This document shows, in pieces, positions 49,772-57,536 of a stretch of DNA of 64,000 nt; position 1 is the first letter of the stretch; each line of letters begins with the position of its first letter. The position numbers and the translations under genes were made by a program. Source of the stretch: a virus; IMG/VR virus record IMGVR_UViG_3300021957_000015, positions 1 through 64,000 of that record; one strand, written 5' to 3'. The notes under the pieces were generated by a model. That model was given only the letters and a program-made list of their open reading frames with translations, searched no databases and was not told where the DNA came from.

Positions 49772-51838
49772 ATGGCAAAATCATCAAGATATTTCAGGAT
49801 AGACGAAGACGTTTTATTAGAATTCATATATCACGATCAAAGCAATCCAGACTCTACTAAAATTGAAGTAGACGATAACGGTAGTGAAGTAAAATTCTTA
49901 GATACTGTAAAAAATGTTACAGGAGCTAGTAGACATTTAATAAATGAATTGGGTAGTGATGTTGTAAATTTTGACGTTACTACAAATGGCGGATACGTGT
50001 CTATAGAAAACTTTGCTGCTAGAACATTATTATTACAAAACGGTAAAACATATAAATTTGACTTATCTTTATTAGATAATCCAGAATTATTCTTTATCAC
50101 TGGAAGCGCAGGAATATATTCGTATTCTGATGCTACTAAAATAGGAGTTTTCTCACCTAATCAAAACGGTACAATAGAGTATACATATCCTAATTTTATA
50201 GGAGGTAAAATAATAGTAGATACGAGAGCTAATCCTTTATTTTCTACACCAGATGAAGTTACCGGAAATGATATTAATCAAATTATAGGTAGATACCATG
50301 GTATAAAAGTACCTAATGATGAATCAAGATATGCATTGTTAGGATACGATTCTACAGGTTATTATGAAATGTTTAATTACATAAATAATAACGCAGGTTG
50401 GACTGGAGGTAATGAAGCTGATTTAATTAATTATCAAGTAGAAGCAACACAAAATATAAATTATATTCAATATGATTCTGTTAGACTTCACTTAAAAAGT
50501 GGATATAGCTTTTCTGCAAGAAATTACGAAGGTTTCTTATTTGAAATTACAACTGACAGAGATAATGGTATTAAAAATTATTTAACTCAATTAGTTTATC
50601 TTAATACTAGTAATTATGAATATGCTAATCCTAGACCATTCGTATTAGGAGAAACGCTTTGGAGTAAGTTTATTGAAATTAAAGTACCATCAATAATTGG
50701 TCAAAACGCTGAGTTTACTGATAGATTCTATGGAGATGGAACAGTAGGTTCAAGTAATTTAGATCCTGCTAGTAATTACGGAGTAAGTTTTAAACTTATA
50801 GATAAACTAGAAGTAGGAAATGGATTTGATTATTTTTATACAGCTGAAGAAAATAAATTTACCGTTTCCAGAGAAGATGAATATCAAGATTTTACCGTTG
50901 TAATTGAAGATGCAGAAGACGGTGATTACTTTAAAATATATGGAGAAAGAGATAATTCAATAGGCGCATTTGAAGCATATGTTTTAAATAGAATCAGTAC
51001 ATCATCAGATGATATAGTTGTTATATTTGATGTCGATGTATTTGAACAAATTGGAACATCGTATGTAAAGACTAATGAATTGACGTTTACACAATATGAA
51101 GATTTTAATGATCCTATACTGTTTAGACCTATTATTAAAAATGCTGCAACTGCTGTAAACTTTTCTATAGAAGTTACAATGAGAATTTATAATCAAACTG
51201 ATAATACTCAAATTGTAAAGAAAGCTAGTATGATTCTTAATCAAGCCGGCAAATATGGAAAGAAACTTTCTGCTCTTAAGATCAACAGTCCTAATGTAAT
51301 GACAGAGGTCTACAATATATTACCTAATTTATCAGGTAATAAAATAATCAAAAGTTTAATTACTGATAATTTACCTAGATCTGTAAAAGTTGTGCCTGCA
51401 TTTATTGAAAGGCACAATATAATTACAACATCTGCTAAAGTTAAATTAGAGGGCGAAGGTGAAAATCAAATGATCAAAGATGTTGAAGAAATTGAAACTT
51501 CTGAATTTATGAAAGAAGGCGACATTAGAATTAGCATCCCTCCATTTGCATGTTACTTTAAATTTGTTATTTCTAAAAAATTAGGAGATGACATTCAATT
51601 TATTTCTTTTGAAAACGCTGAAAGATTGGTACTATCTTTTGGTGATGGAACTAATAAATTAACGTTTAACCACATATCTAATAAAGATATAGACATGGGC
51701 GAAGGAGAAGTATTATTTAAAATAAATGAAGCTAATGCTAAAGCAATTAGAAATATGAATAATAATATGTTCTATATAAGCGTAGATAATGGCACTGAAC
51801 AGACATATATAACATCAGGTAAATTTATATTAGTATAA
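49772..51838 (+). CDS. Structural protein of unknown function
   Basis: 688-aa beta-rich ORF in the tail module. Confidence 0.6.
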   Translation: MAKSSRYFRIDEDVLLEFIYHDQSNPDSTKIEVDDNGSEVKFLDTVKNVTGASRHLINELGSDVVNFDVTTNGGYVSIENFAARTLLLQNGKTYKFDLSLLDNPELFFITGSAGIYSYSDATKIGVFSPNQNGTIEYTYPNFIGGKIIVDTRANPLFSTPDEVTGNDINQIIGRYHGIKVPNDESRYALLGYDSTGYYEMFNYINNNAGWTGGNEADLINYQVEATQNINYIQYDSVRLHLKSGYSFSARNYEGFLFEITTDRDNGIKNYLTQLVYLNTSNYEYANPRPFVLGETLWSKFIEIKVPSIIGQNAEFTDRFYGDGTVGSSNLDPASNYGVSFKLIDKLEVGNGFDYFYTAEENKFTVSREDEYQDFTVVIEDAEDGDYFKIYGERDNSIGAFEAYVLNRISTSSDDIVVIFDVDVFEQIGTSYVKTNELTFTQYEDFNDPILFRPIIKNAATAVNFSIEVTMRIYNQTDNTQIVKKASMILNQAGKYGKKLSALKINSPNVMTEVYNILPNLSGNKIIKSLITDNLPRSVKVVPAFIERHNIITTSAKVKLEGEGENQMIKDVEEIETSEFMKEGDIRISIPPFACYFKFVISKKLGDDIQFISFENAERLVLSFGDGTNKLTFNHISNKDIDMGEGEVLFKINEANAKAIRNMNNNMFYISVDNGTEQTYITSGKFILV

Positions 51839-51839
51839 C

Positions 51840-52391
51840 ATGATTTTAAATAGTAGAAATAATACATTTGATTTTAAATTTCCTAGAAATTTTATACCCA
51901 AAGAGGTAGCAGAAAAATATAAAAAATATTTAACAAAAGTACCTGGCTCAGTTTTAGCAGAGCCTATAGATTTTGTTAACTATTCTATACAAGGAGTTAA
52001 TATTCCTGGAGTTTCATTTGATCCTATATCACAAGCTGATAATGATGGATCTATAAGATATCAAAGAGGTGCTGTTCCTATTCAAAATACAATAGAAAGA
52101 CAATTTACGGTAACTATGCAATTGTTAGATGGTTTTATAAATTATTGGATAATGATGGACACATTATTATATTATTACGCAAGATCAACTACTGAACCAT
52201 ATACTGAACCTTTAACTTTAAGAATATTAGATTCTGAGGGAGCTTCAGTTGCATATATGCAATTTGCTAAACCTATTATGAATTCTATTAATGAATTAAA
52301 TTTAAATTTCTCAGATAATATTTCTGAATTTAGTACATTTGAAATAAACTTCTATTACAATCAATTAAAACTAAGATTAGAAGTAGAATAA
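51840..52391 (+). CDS. Tail completion/tube-fold protein (T4 gp3-like)
   Basis: SIQGVNIPGVSF; LRILD; F..P...INELNLNF....FSTFEINFYY. Confidence 0.6.
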   Translation: MILNSRNNTFDFKFPRNFIPKEVAEKYKKYLTKVPGSVLAEPIDFVNYSIQGVNIPGVSFDPISQADNDGSIRYQRGAVPIQNTIERQFTVTMQLLDGFINYWIMMDTLLYYYARSTTEPYTEPLTLRILDSEGASVAYMQFAKPIMNSINELNLNFSDNISEFSTFEINFYYNQLKLRLEVE

Positions 52392-52403
52392 TATATATAC
52401 AAT

Positions 52404-52955
52404 ATGAAACATTTACTTACATTAGAAAGTTATTATTCTTATAAGGATTTTGAAAAAGGAAGATGGGGAACACCTTCTGAAATTGAAGAAGACCTTAGAA
52501 TGACTATTGTAAATTTACTTACATATGCTGGTATTTCAGATAATTTAGATGATGTTGAATACAAAGACGAATCTAATGATAAAGGAATAAAGTGGGAAAT
52601 AACTATCAAGCATTCTGAGGGTACAGATATATTACATGCTTACAAAAGAACTAATTGGAGAGGACAATATGAATTATACTTAAATAAGAAGAAGTCAACT
52701 GCATATGATATTCAACAGACATTCTTAAAAAAGTTTGTATCGCCATTAGATCAATATTTAGCTTCAATGAAGTCGTTTGATAAACACTATCAATATGCAG
52801 ATGATAATAGATCCTACAAAAGTGGGTCGGCACATGCTGAAAGATTAAGAGAAATGTATAAAACATTACAATCTTCGGACAAAAAGAAAGCATATAAAGA
52901 ATTTAATAAAAAACATGGAACTGATTTACCATTTAAGGATTTTTCAGGATCATAA
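52404..52955 (+). CDS. Putative virion-internal protein
   Basis: Leader MKHLLTLESY; AATATATATA upstream. Confidence 0.6.
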   Translation: MKHLLTLESYYSYKDFEKGRWGTPSEIEEDLRMTIVNLLTYAGISDNLDDVEYKDESNDKGIKWEITIKHSEGTDILHAYKRTNWRGQYELYLNKKKSTAYDIQQTFLKKFVSPLDQYLASMKSFDKHYQYADDNRSYKSGSAHAERLREMYKTLQSSDKKKAYKEFNKKHGTDLPFKDFSGS

Positions 52956-52973
52956 TAAATAATAGATAACATC

Positions 52974-53432
52974 ATGGCAAAACAAAAAATTTACACAGTA
53001 TGGGGATCTAACCCAGAAAAAGGTGATCGTTTCGATAAAGCAGAAGAGTGGATGGCTGCTGTATTTGAATCTGAAGAAGAAGCTAACGCTTTTAAGGATG
53101 CTGAAAGTAAAAATTACAAGTTCATAGAACAAAGTATTCATGCAGATGTTTCTTCAGGTTTTCGTGTAGCTAGTGGTTTTCACAGCGCTAGAATTTTCTG
53201 CGAGAGTATGTCTGAGAATAAAGCTAAAAAACAATTATTAAATTTAAACACTAGATGTTCAGCTTACTTTAAGAAGCCTATAAGTGGTGGAAGCTATGTT
53301 AAATTTAATAAAGATGGATTTGTTGAGGGCAAAGGATATAAATTTTACTCTAATGAAGATAATGCAATCCAAGAATCTAAAAAAGTATTAAGCCACTTAC
53401 TGTTATTTGAACAATTTATTAATAAACACTAA
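52974..53432 (+). CDS. Hypothetical protein with a targeting-like motif at its C-terminus
   Basis: Ends QESKKVLSHLLLFEQFINKH. Confidence 0.65.
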   Translation: MAKQKIYTVWGSNPEKGDRFDKAEEWMAAVFESEEEANAFKDAESKNYKFIEQSIHADVSSGFRVASGFHSARIFCESMSENKAKKQLLNLNTRCSAYFKKPISGGSYVKFNKDGFVEGKGYKFYSNEDNAIQESKKVLSHLLLFEQFINKH

Positions 53433-53446
53433 GTTTAATAATCAAA

Positions 53447-53454
53447 GATATATA
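53447..53454 (+). promoter_or_regulatory. Putative late promoter GATATATA
   Basis: 4 nt before ATG 53459, the same spacing as at 3743. Confidence 0.7.
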
Positions 53455-53458
53455 CAAT

Positions 53459-53827
53459 ATGAAAACATTTAATAAATACTTAGTAGAGGAAAAGATTACT
53501 GAAAACGACATGGAAGTTCTTAAAGAAAACTTACAGTCTGAGTGGACTCCTGAATTAGAATCTAAAATAGATGCAGCAATAGAGGAATTTTGTAAAACTT
53601 ACCAAAACGAAGATGGTACATATGACTTAGACAAGTTAAATGAAGAAATAACTAACGAAGGTCTTCTAGGTTCTATTATAGGTGGTTTAACTGGATTTGC
53701 TCTAGGAAAATCAGTTGGTAAATTATTAGCTAGAGTATTAGGTATTCAAAAGGGTATATTATTTGATTTATTAACCTCAAGACTTGTAGGTGCTGCATTA
53801 GGTGCTAGTCTTGGTAAAAGATTCTAA
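53459..53827 (+). CDS. Virion-internal-like protein: acidic pro-region plus a cationic glycine-zipper C-terminus
   Basis: MKTFNKYLVE leader; NE|GLLGSIIGGLTGFALG...VGAALGASLGKRF. Confidence 0.7.
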   Translation: MKTFNKYLVEEKITENDMEVLKENLQSEWTPELESKIDAAIEEFCKTYQNEDGTYDLDKLNEEITNEGLLGSIIGGLTGFALGKSVGKLLARVLGIQKGILFDLLTSRLVGAALGASLGKRF

Positions 53828-54481
53828 ATGAATTACGTTTCAGTAGATTTTTCTTTAAATTCTCCAGGTATTTGTATTTTTAATACAGAATCCAACACAC
53901 ATCATTATATAAGTTACGTTAAACCAGGTTTAGGTACTAAGAAAGAACAAAAGCTTCAAGAAGACATTAGTCTACTAAGCGATGTTACTTTAGTATATCA
54001 GCAAGACTGGAAAACCACATTTGGTGATTACTCTAAAAATGAGCTAGCTAAGGTTAGAAGATATATGGCTACTGCTGACCAAATTATTAATATTATTTTA
54101 GGAATTACTAAAACTAAGAATGATTATATTATCGCATTCGAAGGAACTTCTTATGGTTCTAAAATGGGAACTAATAATATAATTGACATGGCTGCGGGTG
54201 CCGCTATTCTTAAAGAACAAATGATTTCTCAGCTTCACGTTAAAGACATATTGACTGTTGCTCCTACTACAATTAAAAAGTTTGCTGGCAAGGGTAACAT
54301 GAACAAGCTTCAGTTGTTTGAGGCATATCAGCAAAATGTGAACGATGACCCAATCTTAGCTCGAAGCCCCTTACATTCTATGATCAAAGATCTTGAAATT
54401 GGGAAAAAGATCCCGAAGCCGTTGGACGACCTAGTAGATGCGTATTTCTTGGTTACATACGTTTCAAACCCCTCCACCTAA
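53828..54481 (+). CDS. RuvC-like Holliday junction resolvase/nuclease
   Basis: VSVDFSLNSPGICI, AFEGTSYGS, PTTIKKFAG.GN.NK, DDLVDAY. Confidence 0.82.
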   Translation: MNYVSVDFSLNSPGICIFNTESNTHHYISYVKPGLGTKKEQKLQEDISLLSDVTLVYQQDWKTTFGDYSKNELAKVRRYMATADQIINIILGITKTKNDYIIAFEGTSYGSKMGTNNIIDMAAGAAILKEQMISQLHVKDILTVAPTTIKKFAGKGNMNKLQLFEAYQQNVNDDPILARSPLHSMIKDLEIGKKIPKPLDDLVDAYFLVTYVSNPST

Positions 54482-54509
54482 TCTTTCCTCCAGACTTAGA
54501 TAACATTTG

Positions 54510-54537
54510 TTATATGCTAGTTGCGAGAAACTGTTTC
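54510..54537 (-). promoter_or_regulatory. Antisense class-2 promoter GAAAC-N18-TATAA
   Basis: Reverse complement reads TGAAACAGTTTCTCGCAACTAGCATATAA. Confidence 0.5.
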
Positions 54538-54573
54538 ATTTTTTTATTATTTATTTTTAATAAGTCTTTCCAT

Positions 54574-54600
54574 GAAACAATTAGGAACTAAGATATATAA
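54574..54600 (+). promoter_or_regulatory. Overlapping class-2 (GAAAC-N17-TATAA) and late (GATATATA) promoters
   Basis: GAAACAATTAGGAACTAAGATATATAA. Confidence 0.65.
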
Positions 54601-54629
54601 TAAGTATAATAATTAAAGTATTAATTTAT

Positions 54630-54800
54630 ATGTTGATTACTATTGAATACCTTCGTCTAATTAAGATCCTCGAAAAAATGGTGATAGCGAACCAGCTTAC
54701 TGAAAAGGAAGCGTCAGAGTTACTTCACAAGTCAGGACTGATTAAGTTAGAGGAAAATAGATGGAAGGAACCTTCAGGAGCAATCTTAACAGTTAGTTGA
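54630..54800 (+). CDS. 56-aa hypothetical protein missing from the ORF track (MLITIEYLRL...)
   Basis: ATG 54630 to TGA 54800; has its own promoter and fills the gap before SSB. Confidence 0.65.
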   Translation: MLITIEYLRLIKILEKMVIANQLTEKEASELLHKSGLIKLEENRWKEPSGAILTVS

Positions 54801-54825
54801 AACTATTTATTATTATGCATTATAA
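54799..54825 (+). promoter_or_regulatory. Class-2 promoter GAAAC-N17-TATAA for the SSB/primase operon
   Basis: GAAACTATTTATTATTATGCATTATAA. Confidence 0.6.
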
Positions 54826-54886
54826 GGTAACGAAAGAACATTAAAGTAATTTCAAGTATTAAACAATTAAACAATTTAAAGGTATT

Positions 54887-55807
54887 ATGAGCGAATCATT
54901 TGACATTTTTAACTTGGGCGTAGAAGACGTAGAAACGCATCAGCCCGAAAGAACAACAGTAAACGAAGTTTACAAACCAACAGCCGATGACGGCAAAGAC
55001 GGAACTTATAAAGCGCTAATCCGCTTCGTTCCAAATCCAGAGAATCCAAGAAATTCTCTAATTCAAAAATACGTACACTGGTTAACTAATTCTAGTGGTG
55101 ACGGTAAATTGGTAGATTCACCATCTTCAATAGGTGAAAAATGCCCAATCGCAGATGTATTCTGGAAACTGAGAAAATCAGATTCAGCAGTAGATCGCAA
55201 GTCATCAGAGAAATTAAAGAGACGTCAGCAGTATTATTCTTTAATTAAGATTGTAAAAGATCCACAAAACCCAGAATTAGAAGGTACTTATAAAGTATTT
55301 AAATTCGGTTACAAGATTAAAGAAAAAATCGATGCTGAATTGAAACCAGATTTCGGTGAACCAACACAGGTGTTTGACTTATTCGAAGGTAAGAACTTTG
55401 AGTTGATCATTACTCGCCAAGGTGAATATAATAATTATGATAAGTCTAAATTCTCAGCTAGTACTTCTGCAATTTTAATGGGCGATACTCCAGCAGAAAG
55501 AAATAAAGAGACAATGACTGCAATCAAAACTGAGTTAGAAAACGCACCATCTCTTGTAAACTATGATTACAAAGCATGGGACGAAGATACTAGATCTTTT
55601 GTAAATGATGTATTAAGAATGTACTTAAATCCTGGAGATTCTATCTCAGCGATGACAAGTAGTTCAACATCTACACCAAAGAAAGCCACTACAAGTGCAA
55701 CAACGGTAGTTGAAGCAGAGGCTCCTGTAAAGACAGAATCAAAAGAAACTGCAGCAGTTAGTACAGATGACGATCTTGATTCTTTCTTGAATGACCTCGA
55801 CATCTAA
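54887..55807 (+). CDS. gp32: Single-stranded DNA-binding protein (T4 gp32-like)
   Basis: ALIRFVP, GEKCPI, KIVKDPQNPELEG..KVFKFG.KIKEKI, FDLFEGKNF, NYDKSKF, acidic tail DDDLDSFLNDL. Confidence 0.93.
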   Translation: MSESFDIFNLGVEDVETHQPERTTVNEVYKPTADDGKDGTYKALIRFVPNPENPRNSLIQKYVHWLTNSSGDGKLVDSPSSIGEKCPIADVFWKLRKSDSAVDRKSSEKLKRRQQYYSLIKIVKDPQNPELEGTYKVFKFGYKIKEKIDAELKPDFGEPTQVFDLFEGKNFELIITRQGEYNNYDKSKFSASTSAILMGDTPAERNKETMTAIKTELENAPSLVNYDYKAWDEDTRSFVNDVLRMYLNPGDSISAMTSSSTSTPKKATTSATTVVEAEAPVKTESKETAAVSTDDDLDSFLNDLDI

Positions 55808-56873
55808 TAATAACATAGAACTAACACAAGAGCTAAAGGAAAGAATAGAGTATGCACTTATACAAGTAACTACTCAGCAACATTCTAATCCAAATAAGCA
55901 ATCACTAAAGAGCATGCATGGGCGAATAACCCTTGCATGCCCTTATTGTGGTGATTCCCATAAAGATGATACCGCAAAACGTGGTAACGTATTTTGGGAC
56001 ACCTTGCAATATCATTGTTATAACTGCGGTCACCACACAAATCTTCATACATTTTTAAAGGATCATGATATTAGACTTGGTAAAGCTGGTGATTCATTTG
56101 CAGTAATAGATTACATTCAACAAAACAAATTACAAGTACGCTCAGATAATGTTCTTAAGCCTACTCTATTTGAAGATATACAAAAACATGCAATAGACAT
56201 TGATTTGTTTAAATCTAAATTTAAGGCAAAGTCTATTGAACCTGGAGAATGGATATGGTTTCAACTTAAAGACAGATTACTACATAAAAAACTAGATGAG
56301 TTCCTATATTCTGCCAAAGAACATAGATTATGGATTCTAAATTTAAGTACAGATAATAAAATTATAGGTGCACAAACTAGAAGAATGAAAGGATATGGTC
56401 AAAGATACCTTTCATATGATTTACCTAAGCTTTATGAGGAAATGGGCCAACCATTACAAATTGAAGAAGCAGAATCAAATCAATTGGCAAAGATTTCTAC
56501 ACTATTTGGAATCATGAGAGTTTCTTTTCAAAGGCCAGTAACTTTATTTGAAGGACCGCTCGATGCTAAATTTATGACAAACTCGTTGGCATTGGCAACT
56601 GCTGGAAGATCTACTGAAGAATTCGATGAAATAGAAACCGTTAGATATATGTTTGACAATGATGATACAGGTAAAAAGAAAATGATAGAGAAGCTTAAGA
56701 AGGGCAGACCTGTATTTATGTGGTCAAAATTTCTAAAAGATAATAATTTAGATACATATAATATCAAAGATCTTAATGATTTGATGATTAAATGTTTTGA
56801 ATTAAAGTCAGATGCTTTTAAAAAAATCAATAACTATTTTACATCAAGTCAATTAGATTTATGGTACATTTAG
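55791..56873 (+). CDS. gp61: DNA primase (T4 gp61-like)
   Basis: CPYCGDS...YHCYNCG zinc finger; TOPRIM FEGPLDA, FDND..G, KDLND. Confidence 0.9.
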   Translation: MTSTSNNNIELTQELKERIEYALIQVTTQQHSNPNKQSLKSMHGRITLACPYCGDSHKDDTAKRGNVFWDTLQYHCYNCGHHTNLHTFLKDHDIRLGKAGDSFAVIDYIQQNKLQVRSDNVLKPTLFEDIQKHAIDIDLFKSKFKAKSIEPGEWIWFQLKDRLLHKKLDEFLYSAKEHRLWILNLSTDNKIIGAQTRRMKGYGQRYLSYDLPKLYEEMGQPLQIEEAESNQLAKISTLFGIMRVSFQRPVTLFEGPLDAKFMTNSLALATAGRSTEEFDEIETVRYMFDNDDTGKKKMIEKLKKGRPVFMWSKFLKDNNLDTYNIKDLNDLMIKCFELKSDAFKKINNYFTSSQLDLWYI

Positions 56874-57088
56874 AAGAACTAACATTTATGGTTGAAGAAA
56901 ACCTAGACGATTTTTATAATGACAAAGACCGATTTAAAGGTCATAGACTACTGATAGACTTTGATTCAGTAGAAATTCCTGATGAACCAGAAACACCAGA
57001 TATGGAGTTTAGTAAGCCTAAATTTAAGAAAAGACAAACAACATCTGTTCACATAAAACCAGATCCTAACAAAAAATCATTATTTTAA
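56861..57088 (+). CDS. Hypothetical protein
   Basis: Fills the gap between primase and UvsY; start may be the later Met. Confidence 0.55.
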   Translation: MVHLEELTFMVEENLDDFYNDKDRFKGHRLLIDFDSVEIPDEPETPDMEFSKPKFKKRQTTSVHIKPDPNKKSLF

Positions 57089-57511
57089 ATGAGTAAAGAA
57101 AAGATATTAGCACTCGACGAAAAGTTGAGTTCACAGAGGGCTGGATGGTCAAAAAATATTAAAGACTTAGCAGGTTCTTTAAGAAATATAAATGCAATGG
57201 AAGAAACCATATCAGGAGTATTATCCTCTAGACAAACTATGGTAGAACAAATAGCATACCTAAATACTAAGGTTAAAGAACAAAAGAATAACATAAATTC
57301 CAGGTGGAGAGAGGCATATATTAGATATTTTGAATATGACTATAAACTTGGAGAAAAACAAAAAGAGCGTTTTATTGAAAACGATCTAGTACAAGAACAT
57401 ACAAAATTATCTCTTTTAGAAAATCAATTAGATTTCATGAAAGAATCGGTAAAAACCCTAGATAACATGGGATTTGCCATTAGAAACAGGTTAGCACTTA
57501 AAGACCTGTAA
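57089..57511 (+). CDS. uvsY: Recombination mediator (UvsY-like)
   Basis: 140-aa helical protein directly before uvsW; ends TLDNMGFAIRNRL. Confidence 0.7.
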   Translation: MSKEKILALDEKLSSQRAGWSKNIKDLAGSLRNINAMEETISGVLSSRQTMVEQIAYLNTKVKEQKNNINSRWREAYIRYFEYDYKLGEKQKERFIENDLVQEHTKLSLLENQLDFMKESVKTLDNMGFAIRNRLALKDL

Positions 57512-57536
57512 CTAAAAATAAAAAGTCCCATTAAAT

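Noticed and set aside
54453-54540. Tiny minus-strand ORFs (MKQFLATSI; MLSKSGGKIRWRGLKRM) and GGAGG motifs near the antisense promoter
   Set aside because: Too short to support as genes, and SD motifs are not used elsewhere here; kept only as part of the antisense/origin finding
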